64,000 nt of DNA from Candidatus Saccharimonadales bacterium. GTDB lineage: Bacteria > Patescibacteriota > Saccharimonadia > Saccharimonadales > EFPC-124. The translations under genes and the position numbers were made by a program. The notes beneath the pieces were generated by a model. The model was not told the origin of the DNA. It made no database searches and saw only the letters and a list, made by a program, of their open reading frames with translations. The stretch covers positions 2,894-66,893 of the forward strand of contig JBOHNX010000002.1 of the NCBI GenBank assembly GCA_050730875.1, written 5' to 3'. Shown piece by piece: positions 1 through 9,589 of this stretch (position 1 is its first letter; the number at the start of each line of letters is the position of its first letter).

Positions 1-18
1 GAGGCTCATGGTAGCGGT

Positions 19-366
19 GTGTCAGATGAAGAAGTGGCCGCTAGGGGTTTGCTAAGGGTATTTATGCCGCCGTCTGACAAGTCCGGCTCCGAAGCAATGA
101 CCACTGACGGAAGAGTGGTAAGAGCCTATGAGATTGGCCGTCGTGTCGTCCCGCAGGGCAACACGCACACTATAGAGGTTGGCGTATTCCATGCACCAAC
201 AATTCCCGAAGACGAAATTGGCGCAACGTTATCGTTCAGTTCATATCGTGTTGCTTTAGCTGGCCCTCACATTCTTGTCGGCGGCTCAACCGAGCCTATC
301 GTGGGCCAGAAGCGGCTCGTCACACCAGAGCAAGCTGCAATGGTGAAAGAGCAACTCACAACCTAA
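19..366 (+). CDS. hypothetical protein (possibly 5'-truncated by window edge)
   Basis: 115-aa ORF from GTG at 19. The frame stays open back to base 1. No motif recognised. Confidence 0.4.
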   Translation: MSDEEVAARGLLRVFMPPSDKSGSEAMTTDGRVVRAYEIGRRVVPQGNTHTIEVGVFHAPTIPEDEIGATLSFSSYRVALAGPHILVGGSTEPIVGQKRLVTPEQAAMVKEQLTT

Positions 367-459
367 GTTTTACAGAAACCAAAATGAAGTATTTAAATTG
401 GCGTGCACAGTATGGTATGCTGTCTCGGCTACAGTTAATCAGAGCTACAGAGGGGACAT

Positions 460-1110
460 ATGGCAGTGCCTGGTGAAGTTATCGCTCCGCAGATTGGCGA
501 TGGCGACGAAATTTTAAGAACACAGATTAGCGGAAGATACAGTCTGGATAATCCAGGTGTTTTTGCATTTAAGCGTCAGCTTGTTGAGGCGGGCATTGAT
601 GTGGCATTCCCGGTCGGGGACGAAATTATAGAACATTCATGCGGTTTTGCTATCACCGTACCCCATGAAGCTGAAACGCCATTCCATACAACTGAAGTGC
701 AGTTCTTAAGGGAGATACGGGCAAATCCTCTACAGGTCACCTACAATATTTGGGGTGACAGGGACGGATACGTGGGCGAAAGTACCGGGCTAGAAACTGC
801 CTATGCCCTTCTACGCAACAAGCCCGTCGTTATGTTACGCGAACCAACAAGTTACTCCTCAACTATAGCGCCACCAATTAAGACCCTGATGGAAAAATAC
901 AAGGGTGCCGTACTCATTGAAAAGCTAGACAGACTAAGCATAACCGATCTTGCCGAGCGTCTGGCAGAGATTGCCCTAACGGAAGTAGACTATGGCCTGC
1001 CTGACGAAGAAGTGGACATTGTGATGAGAAGCGCATTAGCCCTCACTAAAAAATATAAGCGTGACTGGGACCAGTACCAAAATCTGCGACGCCTAGATGC
1101 CATTCGATAG
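460..1110 (+). CDS. nucleoside 2-deoxyribosyltransferase-like (Rossmann-like) protein, tentative
   Basis: 216-aa ORF. The block GYVGESTGLETAYALLRNKPVVML resembles the acidic-G-T-x-x-E-x-G-Y-A motif of NDT-like proteins. The match is weak. Confidence 0.35.
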   Translation: MAVPGEVIAPQIGDGDEILRTQISGRYSLDNPGVFAFKRQLVEAGIDVAFPVGDEIIEHSCGFAITVPHEAETPFHTTEVQFLREIRANPLQVTYNIWGDRDGYVGESTGLETAYALLRNKPVVMLREPTSYSSTIAPPIKTLMEKYKGAVLIEKLDRLSITDLAERLAEIALTEVDYGLPDEEVDIVMRSALALTKKYKRDWDQYQNLRRLDAIR

Positions 1111-1128
1111 TTGGTATACTATACCCAT

Positions 1129-1674
1129 ATGATTGAAATTGAACGAAAATTCCGACTCAACACAGAACAAAAGGGAGCAATAGAGCAGGAGCTTGGCGCT
1201 CACTACGGCTCACTCGAAACGGTCCATCAGGTTGACCAGGTGTTTTTGCATGGGGTTGATTCTTTTGCTGGCTTTACGCGAGGCGACCCGGTAGTACGCC
1301 TGCGTACAACTAACGACGTTACCACTCTGGCGTATAAGCGGAGCATTAACGAGGCTGGCGATACCGTCGAGCATGAGCTAACCGTGGAGTCTGCGGCCAC
1401 GATGGCGGAAATACTAAAAGAAATGGACTACAGGCCGGTAACTACCGTTATAAAAGACCGCACCATCGCCAAAGCGGGGGAAATGGCCATCATGCTTGAT
1501 AGCGTAGTAGGCGCAGGCCATTTCTTAGAAATAGAAATATTGGCGGCCGATGAAAGCACCCAGCCCGTAGCCGAGCGTCAAATCATGGACAAGGCTGCTG
1601 AATTCGGCCTTACCGAGGCAGATATTGAGCTAAGAAAGTACGATCAGCTTGTAAGTATGCCTAACGGCCAATAG
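1129..1674 (+). CDS. CYTH domain protein (triphosphate tunnel metalloenzyme / class IV adenylyl cyclase-like)
   Basis: N-terminal IEIERKFRL (ExExK signature). ATG at 1129 is preferred over TTG at 1111, which abuts the upstream stop. Confidence 0.75.
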   Translation: MIEIERKFRLNTEQKGAIEQELGAHYGSLETVHQVDQVFLHGVDSFAGFTRGDPVVRLRTTNDVTTLAYKRSINEAGDTVEHELTVESAATMAEILKEMDYRPVTTVIKDRTIAKAGEMAIMLDSVVGAGHFLEIEILAADESTQPVAERQIMDKAAEFGLTEADIELRKYDQLVSMPNGQ

Positions 1675-2275
1675 CCGTTCTGACTTGTTCTAGGGCGGCC
1701 GCCTGTTGCTCGTCTTCGTTGGCAATGTAGACCACCTCGTCTTGAGTGGCTATAAAAAGATTGCGGTACAGTTCGGCCTTGCTAAGCCGGAGCGCAATGT
1801 CGTCACTTCCTCGGGCACGTTCTGCCATGCGACGCGCTAAAGCACCTAGATACTTGTCGGGTTCTACTGTCATCGTTTCTTTTGTGCAAGGGCCAATGAA
1901 TAGGCACCTTTGAGCAATTTGTAGGTCGGCCAGTTTGTGTGCCAGAGAAAGCCCTTCCTCGAAGTTGGTGGTTATTGAGGTGTAGCGGTATGTCTCAACA
2001 TCCCCCACTAGAGCACTGCGAGCAATGCCGCTACTCCCCTCAGGGTAATGGGCGTGGTCAATAAATGCATCGTCTTGAACCATTGCATCGAATTCTTCTT
2101 GTGATACGAAGTGATAGGCCTGGCCTTGCACCTCGCCTGGCGCTTGTGCACGGCTTGAATAACGGACGTGCCTAGTGGCATCCGGCTGCGACGCCGTAAA
2201 GGCATTCTCGATAGTATCCTTACCGGCCCCGTGCGGGCCTGCGAATATAACGACCTCATGTAAATCTGCTGCCAC
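1661..2275 (-). CDS. guanylate kinase-like P-loop kinase
   Basis: P-loop FAGPHGAGKDT plus the guanylate-kinase-like block SSRAQAPGEVQGQAYHFVSQEEF. Its 3' end overlaps the convergent CYTH gene by 14 nt. Confidence 0.7.
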   Translation of the reverse strand: MAADLHEVVIFAGPHGAGKDTIENAFTASQPDATRHVRYSSRAQAPGEVQGQAYHFVSQEEFDAMVQDDAFIDHAHYPEGSSGIARSALVGDVETYRYTSITTNFEEGLSLAHKLADLQIAQRCLFIGPCTKETMTVEPDKYLGALARRMAERARGSDDIALRLSKAELYRNLFIATQDEVVYIANEDEQQAAALEQVRTAIGR

Positions 2276-2324
2276 GAAATGTACCTCTGTATAATTTTGA
2301 AGCTATTATAGCATTTTCAACACA

Positions 2325-3074
2325 TTAGGGCTCAAAAGCAAAGCCGTTTCTGCTCCAGAACCATAAGGGCACGTTAAGGTCTGTTGGCGCTATGCCACTG
2401 CCTTGCAGGCGATGTCGCCATCGTTCGGCTACTTTTTCGGTTGGCAGAGAGTTCGCTTCGTCGGCTGCGATGACGCCCAAGACGACGGAGCATTTTAGTA
2501 CATGCGAATCTACAGCTATATCAATGTACTCTTTATTTTTGAATTGGACACCGCATTTTACGCCTAAAATGAAAGCCCAGTAATTAAATAGCTTCGGCCC
2601 GGCCAAGTAGGGGAAGCCCTTTCGGTACATGTGCTGCACTGCCTCTTGTATGGCAAGAAAATCGTAGCCAGTACTTTCCAAGAATCCTTCAAGCGTTCCC
2701 CAATTCTGGTCAACGGTTTTAGCAACCGTACTCCATGTTAAAGTGTGCCTGTTGGGCTGTAGGGCGAGTTTATATTTTGTTAGCCGGCCTTGAAGCTCGT
2801 CCAAAGGAAGCTGGGCTGCCTGCTCGACCGAGAAGACATCTGTCGTGGTAGTATCTTCGCAAGTAGCGCGAGCGGCGTTCCAGGCTTGAGTACTATTCCG
2901 GCGGTAGTTGAGGGCCATTGGCAGGGTGAAATAGGCAAGCTTTGCCTCTATATCTTGTGGGGCAAAGGCTGGTGCATTGTCTTCCGGCAGCTCACAAACA
3001 CCCAGTTCGCCGGTCCGGTAAGCGTTGATTATATTTTCGCACTGGGCGAGAAGGCGGTCGCTTTTTTCGGGCAT
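2325..3074 (-). CDS. hypothetical protein, possibly HhH-GPD DNA glycosylase-like
   Basis: 249-aa ORF. FPYLAGPKLFNYWAFIL and IAVDSHVLKCSVVLGVI resemble the HhH and vDtHv.R..RlG blocks of endonuclease III-like folds. The match is weak. Confidence 0.3.
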   Translation of the reverse strand: MPEKSDRLLAQCENIINAYRTGELGVCELPEDNAPAFAPQDIEAKLAYFTLPMALNYRRNSTQAWNAARATCEDTTTTDVFSVEQAAQLPLDELQGRLTKYKLALQPNRHTLTWSTVAKTVDQNWGTLEGFLESTGYDFLAIQEAVQHMYRKGFPYLAGPKLFNYWAFILGVKCGVQFKNKEYIDIAVDSHVLKCSVVLGVIAADEANSLPTEKVAERWRHRLQGSGIAPTDLNVPLWFWSRNGFAFEP

Positions 3075-3143
3075 CGTAATTCCTCTGCTTTATTGTAAGT
3101 ATACCCGCTCGATGCTTAAATAAGGAGTAATTAAGGAGCGACA

Positions 3144-3641
3144 ATGGGGCACATTCACGAAAAGTATGACTTTGTAATAACTTTATTTGTAGTACATGAT
3201 GGCCACGTTTTGTTCGCCCACCATCCGCGTTATAGCAAATGGGTACCGGTGGGCGGGCATGTTGAGCTGGAGGAAGACCCAGAACAGGCCTTACTTCGTG
3301 AGATAGAGGAAGAAACGGGTCTTGAAGTGGAAATTTTAAGCGACAAGCCAGAGTTTGAGCCCGATGCTGGCACCAAATTATTACATCGGCCTAACTATAT
3401 GGACGTTTACGAAGCTAACCCGCCACACAAACATGTAGCCTTGATTTACTTTGCCCGAGCAAAAAGCGCTGTCTTCAGCAAGTCGGATGAACATTTAGAG
3501 CTGAGATGGATAAAAGAAAAAGAACTTGAGGAGCCTGAATACGGCCTCACTCCTTCGCTAAAATTCTATGCCGTGAAGGCAATTGAGGCCGAGAGGGCGG
3601 CCGTATCTACAAATGAGAAGAAGCACCCTTTCCAACACTAG
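3144..3641 (+). CDS. NUDIX hydrolase
   Basis: Nudix box GGHVELEEDPEQALLREIEEETGL. Confidence 0.85.
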   Translation: MGHIHEKYDFVITLFVVHDGHVLFAHHPRYSKWVPVGGHVELEEDPEQALLREIEEETGLEVEILSDKPEFEPDAGTKLLHRPNYMDVYEANPPHKHVALIYFARAKSAVFSKSDEHLELRWIKEKELEEPEYGLTPSLKFYAVKAIEAERAAVSTNEKKHPFQH

Positions 3642-3933
3642 ATGATGGCGTATAACCGAAAAAAAACGAGATGGACGACCAGCGCTCGTTTATAGTTTCT
3701 AAGATGCTTGGGATATGCCCAGTTCGGGCAAACTACCGCCAAGGTACTCTTTTGCTATGCGTAACTCTTTAGAGATTTGTACAATAGCTTGATAGCACTC
3801 TGTTCGTAATACATCGGGTAGGTGGTACCATTTTTCCCATCATAAAAATACCATCTGCAATCCGTTAATCTTTAGTTCTAACTTTTCCTTAACCTGATAA
3901 GATTCGAACTATTTTTGCTATAATCGAGGAATA

Positions 3934-4566
3934 TTGGAAAAGCGTTATACCGAAGAAGTAATCGAGCAGCAAGTACCCCCAGAAAGCGAGGTGCTTAATT
4001 TAATTGCGGAAGAAATTCCTCTCGAAGATATAACTAGTGAAGAAACGCAATCTCTAGTCAATAAGCTATTCCGGATAGCATATGGCCGTCAGGGCGATGC
4101 CAAGTACCCAACACTTGTAGGCCTTGCCGCTCCGCAAATTGGCGTGTCGAAACGAATCGTAATTATAGGTATAGATGCTGTGGGAAGTGGCGAGCAGCCC
4201 GAATTAAAAGAATTTATAAACCCAGAGGTTATTGAATCATCAGACGAACTAGAAGAAGGTCGTGAAGGCTGCTTTTCTACCAGTAGAGTATGTGGGATTG
4301 TGGAGCGTGCAAAAAGAGTAAAAGTACGAGCCTACAATCGTCAGGGCAAAGTGTTTGAATACGAATTTGAAGGATTTCCTGCCCGTATTGCTCAGCACGA
4401 GATAGATCACCTTGATGGGATTCGTTTCCCAGACCGTATTACAGATGACAGAAATCTCCATTGGGTTGAAAAAAGTGAATTTGGCGATTATCGTGAGAAC
4501 TGGCGCACCTGGCCAGTAAATTGCCCGCGAGAAAAATGGGAATTAATAAAGTCGGGCAAGCAATAA
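3934..4566 (+). CDS. def: peptide deformylase
   Basis: Three PDF motifs: GLAAPQIG, EGCFS, HEIDHLDG. TTG start with GAGGA 4 nt upstream. Confidence 0.9.
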   Translation: MEKRYTEEVIEQQVPPESEVLNLIAEEIPLEDITSEETQSLVNKLFRIAYGRQGDAKYPTLVGLAAPQIGVSKRIVIIGIDAVGSGEQPELKEFINPEVIESSDELEEGREGCFSTSRVCGIVERAKRVKVRAYNRQGKVFEYEFEGFPARIAQHEIDHLDGIRFPDRITDDRNLHWVEKSEFGDYRENWRTWPVNCPREKWELIKSGKQ

Positions 4567-4649
4567 GGTTCTAACTTCAGCTACTAAGTTGTACCGATAG
4601 ACGACTCAAGTTGTCTATTTTTTCGTAACTGCAATAGTATTAAGTATTC

Positions 4650-5054
4650 ATGCAGAGCAAGTACCCAAGCACATATTATCGTGTTTCGATTAAAGCTATT
4701 ATCCGCAACGATAAGGGCGAAGTTTTAGTCGTAAAAGAAGGTGGAAGCAACTGGAGCCTGCCTGGTGGCGGGATGGATCATGGCGAGACCACCCATGAAG
4801 CGCTGAAGCGTGAACTGTATGAAGAGGTACTTGTGACATCTCCGTTCATAGCTAAAATCGTACATACCGAATCCATGTATGTAGAAGAGAACCAGCACTG
4901 GCTGCTGTGGATTGTATATGAAGTCGAGCTGGAAGCATTGGAATACGGCTTGGGTGAGCATGCTGATGAAGTTGCGTTTATGGACCCGCAACTCTTCAAG
5001 GATAGTTCAAGCCGCTCAGAGCGATTAATACACGCGCTTTTAGTTGGCGACTAG
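4650..5054 (+). CDS. NUDIX hydrolase
   Basis: Nudix box LPGGGMDHGETTHEALKRELYEEV. Confidence 0.85.
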   Translation: MQSKYPSTYYRVSIKAIIRNDKGEVLVVKEGGSNWSLPGGGMDHGETTHEALKRELYEEVLVTSPFIAKIVHTESMYVEENQHWLLWIVYEVELEALEYGLGEHADEVAFMDPQLFKDSSSRSERLIHALLVGD

Positions 5055-5274
5055 CTCCTGCTGTTGTAAATTTCAGTTTTGCCGTTACAGGCTGGAACGA
5101 ACACTACCGCCCAAATATTGAGTTGAAGTAATTTCATACTGCATTAGTATGGCATTTTCCTTGTGTCTAGCCCAATGCGTAAATTAGTACGTTTCACCAT
5201 ATTTAGTGTAAAATAAATAAAAACTTTAGTAAATAAATTAAGTTGTGTCGAGAATACTTTTTCGCGATTAACTC

Positions 5275-6960
5275 ATGCTGATAGGGATACGATACGTTGG
5301 AGGGAGAATCTTTGCTTGGTTGCGCCAGGTGACCACTTCTTCGATTATTCTGGCTATTCTGATCTTCATTGTCGTTAACTTTTACATTTTTTCCTCTATC
5401 GTCAGCCTGAACGATTTCTTTTATGCCTTTTTGCTGTTGTCTGTACTGACCGATGGTGCCTTTGTTTTGCTCCACCTGCCTAGGCGGCGGCGACACATAG
5501 AGAAAGTCCATTTCAGCCCAAGCAAGGTAACGGTGATTATCGCCTGCCGCAACGGCGAAGCGGTGATCGAAGAAACCATTAAAAGTGCCGCACGCCAAGT
5601 GCCGCTTAAACAAATAATTGTGGTGTCTGATGCTTCTAATGACCGCACGGCTGAAATCGCCCGCGCTTGTGGCGTACAGGTTTTGGAAAATGAAACAAAT
5701 CTGCACAAGGTGGGTAGTATTAACGTTGCGCTTGCGCACGTGCATACACCCTACGTGTTGATTCTTGATGACGACACGCTTATTGGTGATTCGTTTATTC
5801 CAACCAGCTTGCTCGATGATGGCTACACCGCCGTCGCGTTTAATGTAATGCCGGTGAAAGAAAAGACAGTTATAAACGAGTTGCAGCAGTTCGAATATCG
5901 GCATACCATGCAGCTCGCGAAACATTTGCGGGCCACTGCTGGTGCTATCGGCAATGTCTCAGGTGCAATTGGCTTATATCGTACCGATGACCTCCGCAAG
6001 CAAATCACTTTGCACTCCGGCCAGTTTGCCGGTGAAGATGAACAGCGTACGCTACTGGCCCACATGTACGGTACCGGTAAAGGCATAACCTATACCGATT
6101 CACTTGTACTTACCAAAGCACCTGCCACCTACCGCGACCTATTCCGGCAGCGTGCTTTTAGCTGGAGCTTGGCCGTACCAGAGTTATTTATGTTGTACTG
6201 GCGAGTCATTTTGTCGCCGCGCTTTCACTATCTGCTAAAAGCCGAGAAAGCATACTACATTTATATTTATCTGACGGAACCGCTGCGTATCCTGTTTTTT
6301 TGGACGCTTATTATGCGCCCCAATCATTTTGCGGTGACGTACGCGTTTTATCTGGCAGTCAATGTGGCCATATGGTTTAAGCTTGGGCGTAAAGACAGCC
6401 TGCGTGCCGTTTTGCTCTCGCCCATTTATACATTAGCCCTCACGCTCAGCCGCTTTATTGGTTATTTCTACTGGCTGAAGGTCAAGACCGAATATTTATT
6501 CCGTCGGCTTTATCGCCCTGCAACCAGCCGTTTACTTTTAGTAGAGTACGCCACGACCTTTGTTATTATTGTCAGTTCGTGGGCAACGAGCGTCCAGCAT
6601 TACCGCAACGAAATGCAGCTTTTTGATAAAATCCGCACCGACAATTTAACTAGCAACGAGCAAGCCTTTAATTACGATGTCACTACTAACGCAGCAGCAC
6701 TCCTACTTAACGACCAAGACAACCCCGATAGAATAACAGTACTTGTAGAACAAGGCGACAGCAGTCGGGCGTTAGCCCACAAAGCAATCGATAAGCTTTT
6801 GCTGGAACGGCCGGACCTTAAAATAGAAGAAACAAAGCGGTGGCGTGCCGACATGTGGCTGGCGCAGCAATTACCCGCTTCGGCGATCCATCAGCCAAAC
6901 ACGCCGCTTCATTTACCGCAAGATTTAGTTATTCGAGCAACGGAGCAAACAAATGGGTAA
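5275..6960 (+). CDS. membrane-embedded family 2 glycosyltransferase (processive synthase-like)
   Basis: N-terminal TM segments; GT-A core VTVIIACRNGE...ILDDDT...GEDEQRT...RQRAFSW (QxxRW-like); multiple C-terminal TM segments. Confidence 0.75.
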   Translation: MLIGIRYVGGRIFAWLRQVTTSSIILAILIFIVVNFYIFSSIVSLNDFFYAFLLLSVLTDGAFVLLHLPRRRRHIEKVHFSPSKVTVIIACRNGEAVIEETIKSAARQVPLKQIIVVSDASNDRTAEIARACGVQVLENETNLHKVGSINVALAHVHTPYVLILDDDTLIGDSFIPTSLLDDGYTAVAFNVMPVKEKTVINELQQFEYRHTMQLAKHLRATAGAIGNVSGAIGLYRTDDLRKQITLHSGQFAGEDEQRTLLAHMYGTGKGITYTDSLVLTKAPATYRDLFRQRAFSWSLAVPELFMLYWRVILSPRFHYLLKAEKAYYIYIYLTEPLRILFFWTLIMRPNHFAVTYAFYLAVNVAIWFKLGRKDSLRAVLLSPIYTLALTLSRFIGYFYWLKVKTEYLFRRLYRPATSRLLLVEYATTFVIIVSSWATSVQHYRNEMQLFDKIRTDNLTSNEQAFNYDVTTNAAALLLNDQDNPDRITVLVEQGDSSRALAHKAIDKLLLERPDLKIEETKRWRADMWLAQQLPASAIHQPNTPLHLPQDLVIRATEQTNG

Positions 6961-8008
6961 GCTAGCCTATAAAATATATGCACTTATAACTGCGGCCATC
7001 ATCGTTGCCGGCGGTGCTGGCATAGCATGGGGCATGCACTTCGGCGCCAGTAAATTGCCCCTGCGGCAATATTTTTCCCAAAACTACACCAATGCGGTTT
7101 GGGATTGGTCGAATCCGGCCGCTAAGACTCAGCACGACCTTAACGAGCTATCCGATTTTATGTATTTGCATCAACTGAATGCAGTGTATGTCGACGTTGG
7201 ACAATATGCCGCACTTGTCGATGGGCAGATGGACGATAAAAAAGCCGCGGCTAAACAAACGCTGGAAGATGCGCTAATCAGATACATAACAACGCTTAAA
7301 AAACGCGACGTTAAGGTGTATGCGGCTGCCGGCGATGTCACCTGGAGTAACCCAGACAAGCGCCATATACCAATGGGCGTTTTGCGCGCGGTGCAAGAAT
7401 ATAACCAGCAACACAAAGATGCAGCATTTTCGGGTGTGGAGTTCGATATAGAGTCGTACAACCAAGAGGGTTTTAGCACAGGCTCTATAACCGTTAAAAC
7501 ACTGGTTCTGACAGATTATCTAGACATGGTCGATGAGCTCGCGGCGGCGGCCCAAAGCTATGTTGAACAAACAGGCGCTTCGCTGGAGCTGGGTTTTGCT
7601 ATTCCCTACTGGTTCGATAATCAAAATGGAAATATTCCTTCGGTAACCTGGCGCGAAAAGACCGGACCAACACTGTACCACCTGCTTGACCGACTCAATA
7701 CATTGCCACAAAGCAACGTGGTGGTTATGGCCTACCGCAATGCCGCGCGCGGCAATGATGGCGTGCTTGCGCACTCGCGTACCGAAGTCGAGTATGCGCA
7801 GGCTAAAGCGCCAAACGTAGCGGTGCTTATTGGACAAGAAGTTAACGACGTCAAACCTGCCAAAATCACCTACTTTGGCCAGTCGACCACCGAGCTTTCT
7901 GCGCAGGTTAAAGCGATCGAGGACGCTTACACGCAAATTCCGACCTTTCGGGGCATCGCAATTAATGACCTGGCTGCATTAAAAGAATTAGAGCGCCAAA
8001 AAGGCTAG
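6953..8008 (+). CDS. membrane-anchored protein, possible glycoside-hydrolase-like TIM barrel
   Basis: ATG overlaps the GT2 stop (6953-6960). One N-terminal TM segment. Alternating beta/alpha pattern (VYVDVG, KVYAAAGD, GVEFDIE, VVVMAYRN). No firm family call. Confidence 0.3.
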   Translation: MGKLAYKIYALITAAIIVAGGAGIAWGMHFGASKLPLRQYFSQNYTNAVWDWSNPAAKTQHDLNELSDFMYLHQLNAVYVDVGQYAALVDGQMDDKKAAAKQTLEDALIRYITTLKKRDVKVYAAAGDVTWSNPDKRHIPMGVLRAVQEYNQQHKDAAFSGVEFDIESYNQEGFSTGSITVKTLVLTDYLDMVDELAAAAQSYVEQTGASLELGFAIPYWFDNQNGNIPSVTWREKTGPTLYHLLDRLNTLPQSNVVVMAYRNAARGNDGVLAHSRTEVEYAQAKAPNVAVLIGQEVNDVKPAKITYFGQSTTELSAQVKAIEDAYTQIPTFRGIAINDLAALKELERQKG

Positions 8009-8811
8009 CCGTCTTCTTCTACCGCATCTTCGATAGATAATTGCCGCTTGCTTTCCAAAGTCGCCCGCAAAGCTGCCAGAAGTTCTTGGTCGGGTGTGGC
8101 GTGCGGTGAAACAATTCGTCGGCGTGGTGGTGGCAAGCCCTTCTTTTTCCTGGTAATGAGGTCTAGCAGACGCTCGGACTGTTCATCGTGATAATCTTCA
8201 ACAAAGAATGGCCCGCTCAGTCGCTGCAGCACTGCTAGAGCGGCGCCAATTTCGGCTGGATTTGGTTGCGGCAATGGTGGTGTGTCAATATCTGTTCTCG
8301 GCACGATTTCTGCGGCAAAGCGCATTTGGTGCAGCACAATAATGTCTTGCCGTACCTGCAAAGCGCCAAGATGCTCTTTGTTATACAGGACAAATTGCAC
8401 GATCGCTACCTTATTGCCGCGTACCAGCACCTCGCGCAGCAACGCGTAGGCGCGTTCGCCACCCTTACTCGGCACGACATAATACGGTTTTTCGTAATAA
8501 ATGGGGTCAATTGCGCTCACGTCGCAAAACTGACGCACCTCGATACTTTTTAGCCTGGTTGCTGCGGTGCGTTCTAGCTCTTCATCGCTTATCACTACGT
8601 AGCTGCCCGGTTCAGATTCGGCTGCGCGGATTGTCTCGCTATTTGGTATTTCTTTACCTTCGGCCTGGCACTTCACAGCTTGTTCAGTGGGCGAATTGTC
8701 CTTTTCGTGTAATCGAGTAAAGCGTGGACGAATAGTTTTGGTTGCCCCATAGAGTCGGACTGGAATTGTCAGCTGGCCGATAGTTACATATCCTTGCCAT
8801 GTTGCCTTCAT
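8005..8811 (-). CDS. ku: Ku protein (NHEJ DNA end-binding), copy 1
   Basis: MKATWQGYVTIGQLTIPVRLYGA is a typical Ku N-terminus. AGGAGGGA RBS lies before the ATG at 8811, so the longer ORF to 8898 is rejected. Confidence 0.9.
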   Translation of the reverse strand: MKATWQGYVTIGQLTIPVRLYGATKTIRPRFTRLHEKDNSPTEQAVKCQAEGKEIPNSETIRAAESEPGSYVVISDEELERTAATRLKSIEVRQFCDVSAIDPIYYEKPYYVVPSKGGERAYALLREVLVRGNKVAIVQFVLYNKEHLGALQVRQDIIVLHQMRFAAEIVPRTDIDTPPLPQPNPAEIGAALAVLQRLSGPFFVEDYHDEQSERLLDLITRKKKGLPPPRRRIVSPHATPDQELLAALRATLESKRQLSIEDAVEEDG

Positions 8812-8870
8812 ACTCCCTCCTCTTACGAAGGGTAGTTGACGCCGAGATTTTTTACAGCGAGATTTTTCGC

Positions 8871-9554
8871 CTAGGCTTCGAGGTGTCCGGTGAACCAATC
8901 GCGCTTTAGTTGCGCTTTGGGCAGAGCATAATTGCGTAGCAGCGAGTCGCCAATTTCGTCAACCATGGCGCTCGGGCCAGAAACATAGATGAGACTATTG
9001 GTCATAGTTGGCACATGGGTGGCCACAAGCTCGCTAGTCAGGCGTTTTCCGGTGACATACACAACCTTAAAATTAGGATCAGCCGCCTGCCAGGCGTCGA
9101 GTTCGCCCTTAAAAGGCATGTCGTCGGTCCTGGCTGCATAGAGTAAAATCGCCGGTATTGGCTGCCTCTCGTGCACACGCTGCTTTAATATGGCATGAAA
9201 CGGCGTGATGCCAATACCACTTGCTACAAAAATTTTTTGTGTAGAATCATCGTTCCAAACAAAATCGCCTTCAATTGCGTAGCCGTCGACTTCGTCACCA
9301 GGTTGAAGATTCTTTAGCGCCTGCTTAAATTCGCTCTTACTTACCTTGGTAGTAATTGCAATTTCCTTTTCATATGGCGCAGAAGAGACGGTAAACCGGC
9401 GCTCTTCCACGCCGTAGCCCGCGGGAATTTCTATACGAATAGATTGACCAGCCTGCCACTGCAATGGTTCGGCCGGTAAAAATATAAACGAATAAACATC
9501 GCCTGCTTCAGGTTGTACGCGCTGGAATATAAGTTTCATGTGCTCGTTCATCAT
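8871..9554 (-). CDS. FNR-like FAD/NAD(P)-binding oxidoreductase
   Basis: RRFTVSS (RxYS-type FAD motif) and GIGITPF (NAD-binding) in a 227-aa protein. Confidence 0.7.
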   Translation of the reverse strand: MMNEHMKLIFQRVQPEAGDVYSFIFLPAEPLQWQAGQSIRIEIPAGYGVEERRFTVSSAPYEKEIAITTKVSKSEFKQALKNLQPGDEVDGYAIEGDFVWNDDSTQKIFVASGIGITPFHAILKQRVHERQPIPAILLYAARTDDMPFKGELDAWQAADPNFKVVYVTGKRLTSELVATHVPTMTNSLIYVSGPSAMVDEIGDSLLRNYALPKAQLKRDWFTGHLEA

Positions 9555-9589
9555 ACCAAAGCGGTCAAAAGTCGTATAATAATCGCATA

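Noticed and set aside
3699-3843. Alternative genetic code (UGA read as an amino acid, as in some CPR lineages) to rescue the start-less ORF
   Set aside because: TGA clearly terminates well-supported genes in this window (for example pilM at 60166-60168 and the sortase at 24801-24803), so the standard bacterial code applies.
5203-5925. 240-aa minus-strand ORF overlapping the start of the GT2 synthase gene
   Set aside because: It is antisense to a gene with clear GT2 motifs, and its own sequence has no motif and an odd composition.
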